A stretch of 64,000 bases of DNA from Eledone cirrhosa. Its lineage: Eukaryota. Below, one piece after another: positions 10,813 through 24,944 of this stretch. Positions within the stretch are counted from its first letter, which is position 1. Each line of letters begins with the position of its first letter. A program made the translations under genes and the position numbers. Under the pieces are notes generated by a model. The model did no database searches, was not told where the DNA came from, and was given only the letters and a program-made list of their open reading frames with translations. The stretch covers positions 1,364,001-1,428,000 of the forward strand of contig OZ024764.1 in NCBI GenBank assembly GCA_964016885.1, in the 5' to 3' direction.

Positions 10813-12176
10813 ATAAACAATTTGTAACGTTATTTATACAACTGTGTATAAATAACAACTATTTAGTCCAGGTCATGTTGATGGAGGAGTCATTGATATT
10901 TTTTACCATGTTCGTGAAGATATATATATAAATAGCTTGTTTGGTGGATGGGAAATGGTGAAAGGGAGATTGTAAAAGAATTCCGTAAAATTGATAGCTA
11001 TAAATCTTTATAAATAAATAGCCATGTCTTGTTTTATCCATATATATAAACATTTACGATGTGAGAAGGTGCGTAATATTTTGTGACACTGGAGTCATAT
11101 ATATGGCTTCTACATCTAAACTAAAGCTCAATGGTGAGATTATCTGGTCTGTAAACATCGACCATTGATAATCCCATCGTTTCTAATTCATTAATTGGTG
11201 TCAATATATGTTTTTATTAGTTTTAAGGACATTTAAACTGGTTGAGTACTCCTCCACTGGCAGACGACCGTTGACAACCTAACATACCCTGGTTATCTCC
11301 CCTTGACTGTAATTTTACTTCAGACTTGAAAATCCTCAGAAGACATCAGACAGGGTTTGTGTGTGTTTATATATACATGTATATATATATATACATACAT
11401 GTATTTATATATATACATGTATAATATATATACATATATAATATATATACATATATATAATATAACACACACACACACACACATATATACATATATATAT
11501 ATATATGGATTTATATATATATATATACATATATATATATACATGGATTTATATATATATATATATATACATATATATAATATATAACACATACACACAC
11601 ATATATATATATATATACATACATGTATTTATATATATATATAAATTTTGATTTTTGGGAGGCTCCCATACAGCTCTGAGTTTTTCATCCTCAGCATTCT
11701 CGTGTAGACTGAGGTTAGCTGGACATGCTCACCGACATCCAGAGTTGACATTGCACTCAGTGCTGCTGTGGGAGCCCCTGCATGGACACACTGGAAGAGG
11801 AAGACCAAGGTTAACGTATTTTGATGCCCTAAGGACAGACACTGGTCTGTTGGAGACGCAGGACATGGCAGCGATAATAAGGGACAGAGACCGCTGGAGA
11901 GAACTCGTCCATGGATCTCGGGAATTTTACCCACCCTAGAATATATATATATATATATATATATACATTATATATATATATACGATATTAACAAATGGAA
12001 ACTATATTTATAAAACCATATTTAATTCATTATACATATTTCAAGGACACCAAGTTAAATTGTGGTGTGTTTTCATCAGATAAAATATAATATAGAGCAG
12101 TTCTTATTTGTTGAGTGCTTTATATCAGTTATAAAAATATTTGCTTGTTGTATCGCAACAATTTAAATAGAACTTT

Positions 12177-12247
<71 letters not shown>

Positions 12248-14481
12248 CAAAATATTAATAAATGACAAATATTCTCATAAACAAAATATATTTTTTATTA
12301 TACATATTTCAAAGGTACAATGGTGTTTAAGTATGTTTTCATCAGATAAAATATATGAGAGATTGGATATGTGACATACCGCTACGGTTTTGATTATTCA
12401 ATTCCAATAGTATATATAATATATGTAATATATATAATATATATAATATATATAATATATATAATATATATAATATATATAATATATTTAGTTCTACGTG
12501 AGAAACAAGAGATGTACAAACACCTTCAAGAGAAGTCCGAAAATCGCAACAGTATGGTTAAGGCTATGAAATCAATAATTAACAGCTGTCTTTGACAAAT
12601 GAGATTTGGTGGCACCAGAAAGCCAATGAAGCACAAGCAGTTGCAGACCAGAAAGACTCTAAAGCAGTGGTCGAGAATTCCCGGCTTATGGGCTGGATGT
12701 GGCCCGTGAAGGATCTTTGTCCAGCCTGCCAACAGGTTTCGATCTTAGGCTAATTGACCCCTGAAAAAGTGCTCTGAATTATTTTGGATTAGAATACCGA
12801 CTAGAGAACACGTCTAGCCACAAGATTCACTTAGCTGATATCATCATCGTTTAACGTCCATCTTTCACGCTAGCATGAGCTGGACGGTTTTGTCCCACTT
12901 GAGGCAAGATTGGCCGGGAAACCATGTCTCGCTCGTACAGAACCGTCTCTGGCAAGTTTTCTACGGCTGGATGCACTTCCTAACATCAACCACATTTACA
13001 GTGTGGACTGGGTACTTTTTGTTGTGACACCTAGATGACCACTTCACAGTGTGGACTAGGAGGTTTTTGTTGTGACACCTACATGACAACTTTACTGTGT
13101 GGACTTGGTACTTTTTGTCAGGACACCTACATGAACACTTTACAGTTTGGCAACAGACTTGGTAAAAACCCACAAAATTATTAACCATCTTGCCAACAAC
13201 AACCCTGAGTACCTTTTTGAATTCCATGTGTCTAACACACGTGGGCATGCCAACAAAGTAAGACAACAGCACAGCTCCCATGACTTTCAGAAATATCTTT
13301 TCACGCTCAGAGTTGCTGAAGCATGGAACAAACTACCTGCATCAGTTGTTAGCTGTCGAGACACTGCACCCTTTAAAACCTCCATAGAACAAACTACCTG
13401 CATCAGTTGTTAGCTGTCGAGACACTGCATCCTTTAAAACCTCCATTGAACAAAGTCCCTGCATCAGTTGTTAGCTGTCGAGACACTGCATCCTTTAAAA
13501 CCTCAATGGAACAAACTCCCTGCATCAGTTGTTAGCTGTCGAGACACTGCATCCTTTAAATTGAGTTAAAGATTTGCTGACACTGGCGTTATACACGTGG
13601 CTTGTGGCTTTAAACACGGGTCAATGGAAGACCCCCGAGTCCAATAATACACTGGGTTATTGCTGGCCTTGTAAAAAAGTAGTAAGGTTCCTAGCAATAA
13701 TTAATTATATATATATATATATATTATGTGTGTTTATATTTTCATTCTGTAAGAATTATAAACAATTTGTAACATTATTTATACAACTGTGTCTAAATAA
13801 CAACTATTTAGTCCAGGTCATGTTGATGGAGGAGTCGTTGATATTTTTTACCATGTTCGTGAAGATATATATATAAATAACTTGTTTGGTGGATGGGAAA
13901 TGGTGAAAGGGAGATTGTAAAAGAATTCCGTAAAATTGATAGCTATAAATCTTTATAAATAAATAGCCATGTCTTGTTTTATCCATATATATAAACATTT
14001 ACGATGTGAGAAGGCGCAAAATATTTTGTGACACTGGAGTCATATATATGGCTTCTACATCTAAACTAAAGCTCAATGGTGAGATTATCTGGTCTGTAAA
14101 CATCGACCATTGATAATCTCATCGTTTCTAATTCATTAATTGGTGTCAATATATGTTTTTATTAGTTTTAAGGACATTTAAACTGGTTGAGTACTCCTCG
14201 ACTGGCAGACGACCGTTGACAACCTAACATACCCTGGTTATCTCCCCTTGACTGTAATTTTACTTCAGACTTGAAAATCCTCAGAAGACATCAGACAGGG
14301 TTTGTGTGTGTTTATATATATTTATATACATACATGTATTTATATATATACATGTATAATATATATACATGTATAATATATATACATATATAATGTATAT
14401 CTACATATATATAATATAACACACACACACACACTCACACACACATATACATATATATATATATATATAAATACATGTATT

Positions 14482-14514
<33 letters not shown>

Positions 14515-14871
14515 ACACATACACATATATATATATATATATACATGCATGTATTTATATATATATATATATATATTTTGACTTTTGGGAGGTTCCCATA
14601 CAGCTCTGAGTTTTTCATCCTCAGCATTCTCGTGTAGACTGAGGTTAGCTGGACATGCTCACCGACATCCAGAGTTGACACTGCACTCAGTGCTCCTGTG
14701 GGAGCTCCTACACGGACACACTGGAAGAGGAAGACCAAGGTTAACGTATGTTGATGCCCTAAGGACAGACACTGATCTGTTGGAGACGCAGGACATGGCA
14801 GCGATAATAAGGGACAGAGATCGCTGGAGAGAACTTGTCCACGGATCTCGGGAATTTTACCCACCCTAGAA

Positions 14872-14924
<53 letters not shown>

Positions 14925-15120
14925 GATATTAACAAATGGAAACTATATTTATAAAACCATATTTAATTCATTATACATATTTCAAGGACACCAAGTTAAA
15001 TTGTGGTGTGTTTTCATCAGATAAAATATAATATAGAGCAGTTCTTATTTGTTGAGTGCTTTATATCAGTTATAAAAATATCTGGTTGTTGTATCCCAAC
15101 AATTTAAATAGAACTTTTAC

Positions 15121-15158
<38 letters not shown>

Positions 15159-17411
15159 CAAAATATTAATAAATGACAAATATTCTCATAACCAAAATAT
15201 ATTTTTTATTATACATATTTCAAAGGTACAATGGTGTTTAAGTACGTTTTCATCAGATAAAATATATGAGAGATTGGATATGTGACATACCGCTACGGTG
15301 TTGATTATTCAATTCCAATAGTATATATAATATATATAATATATATAATATATATAATATATATAATATATTTAGTTCTACGTGAGAAACAAGAGATGTA
15401 CAAACACCTTCTAGTGAAGTCCGAAAATCGCAACAGTATGGGTAAGGCTATGAAATCAATAATTAACAGCTGTCTTTGACAAATGAGATTTGGTGGCACC
15501 AGAAAGGCAATGAAGCACAAGCAGTTGCAGACCAGAAAGACTCTAAAGCAGTGGTCGATAATCCCCGGCTTATGGGCTGGATGTGGCCCGTGAAGGATCT
15601 TTGTCCAGCCTGCCAACAGGTTTCGATCTTAGGCTAATTGACCCCTGAAAAAGTGCTCTGAATTACTTAGCTGATATCATCATCGTTTAACGTCCATCTT
15701 TCACGCTGGCATGGGTTGGACGGTTTTGTCCCACTTGAGGCAAGATTCGCCAGTAAACCATGTCTCGCTCGTACAGAACTGTCTCTGGCAAGTTTTCTAC
15801 GGCTGGATGCACTTCCTAACACCAACCACATTTACAGTGTGGACTGGGTACTTTTTGTTGTGACACCTAGATGACCACTTCACAGTGTGGACTAGGAGGT
15901 TTTTGTTGTGACACCTACATGACCACTTTACTGTGTGGACTTGGTACTTTTTGTCAGGACACCTACATGAACACTTTACAGTTTGGCAACAGACTTGGTA
16001 AAAACCCACAAAATTATTAACCATCTCGCCAACAACAACCCTGAGTACCTTTTTGAATTCCATGTGTCTAACACACGTGGGCATGCCAACAAAGTAAGAC
16101 AACAGCACAGCTCCCATGACTTTCAGAAACATCTTTTCACGCTCAGAGTTGCTGAAGCATGGAACAAACTACCTGCATCAGTTGTTAGCTGTCGAGACAC
16201 TGCATCCTTTAAAACCTCCATTGAACAAAGTCCCCTGCATCAGTTGTTAGCTGTCGAGACACTGCATCCTTTAAAACCTCCATTGAACAAACTCCCTGCA
16301 CCAGTTGTTAGTTTTCGAGACACTGCATCCTTTAAAACCTCAATGGAACAAACTCCCTGCATCAGTTGTTAGCTGTCGAGACGCTGCATCCTTTAAAACC
16401 TCCATGGAACAAACTACCTGCATCAGTTGTTAGCTGTCGAGACACTGCACCCTTTAAAACCTCCATAGAACAAACTCCCTGCATCAGTTGTTAGCTGTCG
16501 AGACACTGCATCCTTTGAATTGAGTTAAAGATTTGCTGACACTGGCGTTATACACGTGGCTTGTGGCTTTAAACACGGGTCAATGGAAGACCCCCGAGTC
16601 CAATAATACACTGGGTTATTGCTGGCCTTGTAAAAAAGTAGTAAGGTTCCTAGCAATAATTAATTATATATATATATATATTATGTGTGTTTATACTTTA
16701 TTTCTGTAAGAATTATAAACAATTTGTAACATTATTTATACAACTGTGTCTAAATAACAACTATTTAGTCCAGGTCATGTTGATGGAGGAGTAATTGATA
16801 TTTTTTACCATGTTCGTGAAGATATATATATAAATAGCTTGTTTGGTGGATGGGAAATGGTGAAAGGGAGATTGTAAAAGAATTCCGTAAAATTGATAGC
16901 TATAAATATTTATAAATAAATAGCCATGTCTTGTTTTATCCATATATATAAACATTTACGATGTGAGAAGGCGCGACATATTTTGTTACACTGGAGTCAT
17001 ATATATGGCTTCTACATCTCAACTAAAGCTCAATGGTGAGATTATCTGGTCTGTAAACATCGACCATTGATAATCCCATCGTTTCTAATTCATTAATTGC
17101 TGTCAATATATGTTTTTATTAGTTTTAAGGACATTTAAACTGGTTGAGTACTCCTCGACTGGCAGACGACCGTTGACAACCTAACATACCCTGGTTATCT
17201 CCCCTTGACTGTAATTTTACTTCAGACTTGAAAATCCTCAGAAGACATCAGACAGGGTTTGTGTGTGTTTATATATATTTATATACATACATGTATTTAT
17301 ATATATACATGTATAATATATATACATATATAATATATATCTACATATATATAATATAACACACACACACACACACATATATACATATATATATATATAT
17401 ATATGGATTTA

Positions 17412-17443
<32 letters not shown>

Positions 17444-17842
17444 CATGGATTTATATATATATATATATATATACATATATATAATATATAACACATACAC
17501 ACACATATATATATATATATACATACATGTATTTATATATATATATAAATTTTGATTTTTGGGAGGCTCCCATACAGCTCTGAGTTTTTCATCCTCAGCA
17601 TTCTCGTGTAGACTGAGGTTAGCTGGACATGCTCACCGACATCCAGAGTTGACATTGCACTCAGTGCTCCTGTGGGAGCCCCTGCATGGACACACTGGAA
17701 GAGGAAGACCAAGGTTAACGTATTTTGATGCCCTAAGGACAGACACTGATCTGTTGGAGACGCAGGACATGGCAGCGATAATAAGGGACAGAGACCGCTG
17801 GAGAGAACTCGTCCATGGATCTCGGGAATTTTACCCACCCTA

Positions 17843-17882
<40 letters not shown>

Positions 17883-18075
17883 GATATTAACAAATGGAAA
17901 CTATATTTATAAAACCATATTTAATTCATTATACATATTTCAAGGACACCAAGTTAAATTATGGTGTGCTTTCATCAGATAAAATATAATATAGAGCAGT
18001 TCTTATTTGTTGAGTGCTTTATATCAGTTATAAAAATATTTGCTTGTTGTATCGCAACAATTTAAATAGAACTTT

Positions 18076-18126
<51 letters not shown>

Positions 18127-19120
18127 CAAAATATTAATAAATGACAAATATTCTCATAACCAAAATATATTTTTTATTATACATATTTCAAAGGTACAAT
18201 GGTGTTTAAGTATGTTTTCATCAGATAAAATATATGAGAGATTGGATATGTGACATACCGCTACGGTTTTGATTATTCAATTCCAATAGTATATACATAA
18301 TATATATAATATATATAATATATATAATATATTTAGTTCTAGGTGAGAAACAAGAGATGTACAAACACCTTCAAGAGAAGTCCGAAAATCGCAACAGTAT
18401 GGTTAAGGCTATGAAATCAATAATTAACAGCAGTCTTTGACAAATGAGATTTGGTGGCACCAGAAAGCCAATGAAGCACAAGCAGTTGCAGACCAGAAAG
18501 ACTCTAAAGCAGTGGTCGATAATTCCCGGCTTATGGGCTGGATGTGGCCCGTGAAGGATCTTTGTCCAGCCTGCCAACAGGTTTCGATCTTAGGCTAATT
18601 GACCCCTGAAAAAGTGCCCTGAATTATTTTGGATTAGAATACCGACTAGAGAACACGTCTAGCCACAAGATTCACTTAGCTGATATCATCATCGTTTAAC
18701 GTCCATCTTTCACGCTGGCATGGGTTGGACGGTTTTGTCCCACTTGAGGCAAGATTGGCCAGGAAACCATGTCTCGCTCGTACAGAACTGTCTCTGGCAA
18801 GTTTTCTACGGCTGGATGCACTTCCTAACACCAACCATATTTACAGTGTGGACTGGGTACTTTTTGTTGTGACACCTACATGACCACTTTACAGTGTGGA
18901 CTGGGTACTTTTTGTCAGGACACCTACATGAACACTTTACAGTTTGGCAACAGACTTGGTAAAAACCCACAAATTTTATTAACCATCTCGCCAACAAGAA
19001 CCCTGAGCATCTTTTTGAATTCCATGTGTCTAACACACGTGGACATGCCAACAAAGTCAGAAAACAACACAGCTCCCATGACTTTCAGAAACATCTTTTC
19101 ACACTCAGAGTTGCTGAAGC

Positions 19121-20332
19121 ATGGAACAAACTACCTGCATCAGCTGTTAGCTGTCGAGACACTGCATCCTTTAAAACCTCTATGGAACAAACTACCTGCA
19201 TCACTTGTTAGCTGTCGAGACACTGCATCCTTTAAAGCCTCCATGGAACAAACTACCTGCACCAGTGGTTAGCTGTCGAGACACTGCATCCTTTAAAACC
19301 TCCATGGAGCAAACTCCCTGCCTCAGTTGTTAGCTGTTAAGATACTGCATCCATTAAAACTTCCGTGGAACAAACTCCCTGCATCAGTTGTTAGCTGTCG
19401 AGACACTGCATCCTTTAAAACCTCCATGGAACAAACTACCTGCCTCAGTTGTTAGCTGTTAAGATACTGCATCCATTAAAACCTCCATGGAACAAACTCC
19501 CTGCATCAGTTGTTAGCTGTCGGGACACTGCATCCTTTAAAACCTCCATAGAACAAACTACCTGCATCAGTTGTTAGCTGTCGAGACACTGCATCCTTTA
19601 AAGCCTCCATGGAACAAACTACCTGTATCAGTTGTTAGCTGTCGAGACACTGCACCCTTTAAAACCTCCATTGAACAAACTACCTGTATCAGTTGTTAGC
19701 TGTCGAGACACTGCACCCTTTAAAACCTCCATAGAACAAACTCCCTGCATCAGTTGTTAGCTGTCGAGACACTGCACCCTTTAAAACCTCCATAGAACAA
19801 ACTCCCTGCATCAGTTGTTAGCTGTCGAGACACTGCATCCTTTAAAGCCTCCATGGAACAAACTACCTGCATCAGTTGTTAGCTGTAAACATACTGCATC
19901 CTTTAAAACCTCCATGGAACAAACTACCTGCCTCAGTTGTTAGCTGTTAAGATACTGCATCCATTAAAACTTCCGTGGAACAAACTCCCTGCATCAGTTG
20001 TTAGCTGTCGAGACACTGCATCCTTTAAAACCTCCATGGAACAAACTACCTGCCTCAGTTGTTAGCTGTTAAGATACTGCATCCATTAAAACCTCCATGG
20101 AACAAACTCCCTGCATCAGTTGTTAGCTGTCGGGACACTGCATCCTTTAAAACCTCCATAGAACAAACTACCTGCATCAGTTGTTAGCTGTCGAGACGCT
20201 GCATCCTTTAAAACCTCCATTGAACAAACTACCTGTATCAGTTGTTAGCTGTCGAGACACTGCACCCTTTAAAACCTCCATAGAACAAACTCCCTGCATC
20301 AGTTGTTAGCTGTCGAGACACTGCATCCTTTG
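19121..20332 (+). repeat. 61-bp minisatellite, ~20 copies
   Basis: Same unit as 1-1523. Confidence 0.95.
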
Positions 20333-21248
20333 AATTGAGTTAAAGATTTGCTGACACTGGCGTTATACACGTGGCTTGTGGCTTTAAGCACGGGTCAATG
20401 GAAGACCCCCGAGTCCAATAATACACTGGGTTATTGCTGGCCTTGTAAAAAAGTAGTAAGGTTCCTAGCAATAATTAATTATATATATATATATATTATG
20501 TGTGTTTATATTTTATTTCTGTAAGAATTATAAACAATTTGTAACATTATTTATACAACTGTGTCTAAATAACAACTATTTAGTCCAGGTCATGTTGATG
20601 GAGGAGTCGTTGATATTTTTTACCATGTTCGTGAAGATATATATATAAATAGCTTGTTTGGTGGATGGGAAATGGTGAAAGGGAGATTGTAAAAGAATTC
20701 CGTAAAATTGATAGCTATAAATATTTATAAATAAATAGCCATGTCTTGTTTTATCCATATATATAAACATTTACGATGTGAGAAGCGCGAAATATTTTGT
20801 GACACTGGAGTCATATATATGGCTTCTACATCTAAACTAAAGCTCAATGGTGAGATTATCTGGTCTGTAAACATCGACCATTGATAATCCCATCGTTTCT
20901 AATTCATTAATTGGTGTCAATATATGTTTTTATTAGTTTTAAGGACATTTAAACTGGTTGAGTACTCCTCGACTGGCAGACGACCGTTGACAACCTAACA
21001 TACCCTGGTTATCTCCCCTTGACTGTAATTTTACTTCAGACTTGAAAATCCTCAGAAGACATCAGACAGGGTTTGTGTGTGTTTATATATATTTATATAC
21101 ATACATGTATCTATATATATACATGTATAATATATATACATGTATAATATATATACATATATAATGTATATCTACATATATATAATATAACTCACACACA
21201 CACACACTCACATATACATATATATATATATATATAAATACATGTATT

Positions 21249-21281
<33 letters not shown>

Positions 21282-21644
21282 ACACATACACACATATATA
21301 TATATATATATACATGCATGTATTTATATATATATGTATATATATATATCTTGATTTTTGGGAGGCTCCCATACAGCTCTGAGTTTTTCATCCTCAGCAT
21401 TCTCGTGTAGACTGAGGTTAGCTGGACATGCTCACCGACATCCAGAGTTGACATTGCACTCAGTGCTCCTGTGGGAGCCCCTACATGGACACACTGGAAG
21501 AGGAAGACCAAGGTTAATGTATTTTGATGCCCTAAGGACAGACACTGATCTGTTGGAGACGCAGGACATGGCAGCGATAATAAGGGACAGAGACCGCTGG
21601 AGAGAACTCGTCCATGGATCTCGGGAATTTTACCCACCCTATAA

Positions 21645-21681
<37 letters not shown>

Positions 21682-21877
21682 GATATTAACAAATGGAAAC
21701 TATATTTATAAAACCATATTTAATTCATTATACATATTTCAAGGACACCAAGTTAAATTGTGGTGTGTTTTCATCAGATAAAATATAATATAGAGCAGTT
21801 CTTATTTGTTGAGTGCTTTATATCAGTTATAAAAATATCTGGTTGTTGTATCCCAACAATTTAAATAGAACTTTTAC

Positions 21878-21933
<56 letters not shown>

Positions 21934-22639
21934 CAAAATATTAATAAATGACAAATATTCTCATAACCAAAATATATTTTTTATTATACATATTTCAAAG
22001 GTACAATGGTGTTTAAGTACGTTTTCATCAGATAAAATATATGAGAGATTGGATATGTGACATACCGCTACGGTGTTGATTATTCAATTCCAATAGTATA
22101 TATAATATATATATATATATAATATATATAATATATATAATATATATAATATATATAATATATATAATATATTTAGTTCTACGTGAGAAACAAGAGATGT
22201 ACAAACACCTTCTAGAGAAGTCCAAAAATCCCAACAGTATGGTTAAGGCTATGAAATCAATAATTAACAGCAGTCTTTGACAAATGAGATTTGGTGGCAC
22301 CAGAATGCCAATGGAGCACAAGCAGTTGCAGACCAGAAAGACTCTAAAGCTGTGGTCGATAATCCCCGGCTTATGGGCTGGATGTGGCCCGTGAAGCATC
22401 TTTGTTGCCCGTGAAGAATCCTTCACCAATTACCTTTATTCTCTCCAATGTTTTAATCTGTTTGTTACCAACCAAACCATAACCAGTTCTGGTTCTATGA
22501 AATAAAACCACCCATTTTTAATCTAAATTAAAATCCTCCAACATAATTTTATATAGGAACCTACATTGAGTTACTATCTTAGTAATGATTTTGTTTTTAT
22601 ATACCCCAAAATATGTAAGTATTCGGTAAGATTATATAA

Positions 22640-23383
22640 AAATGGAAGAAGAGGAGAATTTAAGGAAAATTGGGACCCACCATGGAGAGAAAACTAAAAT
22701 TTTGGAATTTTATAAAGAATTATTAAGATATCTTTCTTTATAAAGAATTATTAAGATATCCATCAAATTTGGAGAAATTAGTTGAAGGCAGACGATAACG
22801 TCCTGATGTCAGATTATCTCCCTTTGACCTGGATATAATGTTTTAATAATAATGAAATTATTGTGTACAGTGCTCAGGTGCACTACAACTCATCAAAGGC
22901 GCATGTATAGTTCATAGAATAATGTACAAATGTCAGGAAAGTGAACAGTGTATGAGTCATGATATACATGTGTGTGTGTGTGTGGAGGGGGAATATTAGG
23001 TGTAGTGTTGGAGAATTTCAGGAAGCATGGAGGTTTTAAAGGATGCAGTGTCTCAACAGCTAACAACTGATGCATGTAATTTGTTCCATGGAGGTTTTAA
23101 AGGATGCAGTGTCTCGACAGCTAACAACTGATGCAGGTAGTTTGTTGCATGGAGGTTTTAATGGATGCAGTGTCTCGACAGCTAACAACTGATGCAGGTT
23201 GTTTGTTCCATGGAGGTTGTAAAGGATGCAGTGTCTCGACAGCTAACAACTGATGCAGGTAGTTTGTTGCATGGAGGTTTTAATGGATGCAGTGTCTCGA
23301 CAGCTAACAACTGATGCAGGTTGTTTGTTCCATGGAGGTTTTAATGGATGCAGTCTCTCGACAGCTAACAACTGATGCAGGTA
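22640..23383 (-). repeat. Inverted copy of the 1-2190 composite (61-bp array x~6, CR1 tail and flank)
   Basis: 22765-22830 is the reverse complement of 1699-1765, and 22659-22735 of 2095-2167. The CR1 tail and 61-bp units are reversed. Confidence 0.85.
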
Positions 23384-23444
23384 AGATGCGTTTTCAGATA
23401 AGAAATCTCACAAAACACATTCAAAAACGAATTATATATATAGG

Positions 23445-24725
23445 TAAGTCTAAAGTCTGTCTTAAGCCAGAAGTCTCCCCGGCCGGTGCTTATCCCAGTT
23501 TCACGGTGTGAAGTGACTGAGAGTACAAGACTTACCCTGGATAGGACACCAGTCCATCACGGTTAAACCCCCAGCTATTACTGGTACTTATCCTGGTTTC
23601 ATGGAGTGAAGCGACTGAGAGTACAAGACTTACCCTGGATAGGACACCAGTCCATCACAGGGTTAAACCCCCAGCTATTACTGGTACTTATCCCGGTTTC
23701 ATGCTGTGAAGTGACTGAGAGTACAAGACTCCCCCTGGACAGGACACCAGTCCATCGCAGGGTTAAACCCCCAGCTATTACTGGTACTTATCCCGGTTTC
23801 ATGGTGTGAAGTGACTGAGAGTACAAGACTTCCCCCTGGACAGGACACCAGTCCATCACAGGGATAAACCTCCAGCTATTACTGGTACTTATCCTGGTTT
23901 CATGGTGTGAAGTGACTGAGTGTACAAGACTCCCCCCTGGACAGGACACCAGTCCATCACAGGGTTAAACCCCCAGCTATTACTGGTACTTATCCCGGTT
24001 TCATGGTGTGAAGTGACTGAGAGTACAAGACTTACCCCTGGACAGGACACCAGTCCATCGCAGGGTTAAACCCCCAGCTATTACTGGTACTTATCCCGGT
24101 TTCATGGCGTGAAGTGACTGAGAGTACAAGATTCCCCCTGGACAGGACACCAGTCCATCACAGGGTTAAACCCCCAGCTATTACTGGTACTTATCCTGGT
24201 TTCATGGTGTGAAGTGACTGAGAGTACAAGACTTACCCCTGGACAGGACACCAGTCCATCGCAGGGTTAAACCCCCAGCTATTACTGGTACTTATCCTGG
24301 TTTCATGGTGTGAAGCAACTGAGAGTACAAGACTTACCCCTGGACAGGACACCAGTCCATCGCAGGGTTAAACCCCCAGCTATTACTGGTACATATCCTG
24401 GTTTCATGGTGTGAAGTGACTGAGAGTACAAGACTTCTCCTGGACAGGACACCAGTCCATCACAGGGTTAAACCCCAAGCTATTACTGGTACATATCCCG
24501 GTTTCATGGTGTGAAGTGACTGAGAGTACAAGACTTACCCCTGGACAGGACACCAGTCCATCGCAGGGTTAAACCCCCAGCTATTACTGGTACTCATTTT
24601 CACCTGAGTTTACTGGAGCAACGTGAAATGAAGTGTTTTGCTCAAGAACACAACACACAACCCAAGAATCAAACCCACGACATTATGATCGTGAGTCCAA
24701 CACCCTTACCACTAGGCCACATACA
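23445..24725 (-). mobile_element. tRNA-derived SINE expanded by an internal 101-bp minisatellite (~11 copies, ~23488-24595)
   Basis: Reverse-complement head TGGCCTAGTGGTAAGGGTGTTGGACT..GGTTTGATTC, then GTTCTTGAGCAAAACACTT. Period 101 (TCATGG at 24001 and 24102). Confidence 0.9.
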
Positions 24726-24944
24726 CAGACACTCACACACACGTGTCTGTGTTAAATTTGTTGACCTTTCAACCACCCATCCCCACCTATTTACTACCAC
24801 CCCACCACCCTGTGATGTTTTCTGTAAACTTGTGGAAATGTTGATTTTTTGGTTTCCCATATGTTTGTGGTGGTGGTGGTGGTGGTGGTGGTGTAGTGGT
24901 TGTAGTGGTGGTGGTGGTGTAGTGGTGGTGGTGTTGGTGGTGGT

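Larger units (their letters stand above)
5442..22410. repeat. ~3-kb composite tandem array (macrosatellite or local duplication), five units
   Basis: A near-identical marker ORF occurs at 5964, 10859, 13804, 16761 and 20576. Units start at about 5442, 10813, 13561, 16519 and 20335; the last is truncated. Confidence 0.95.
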
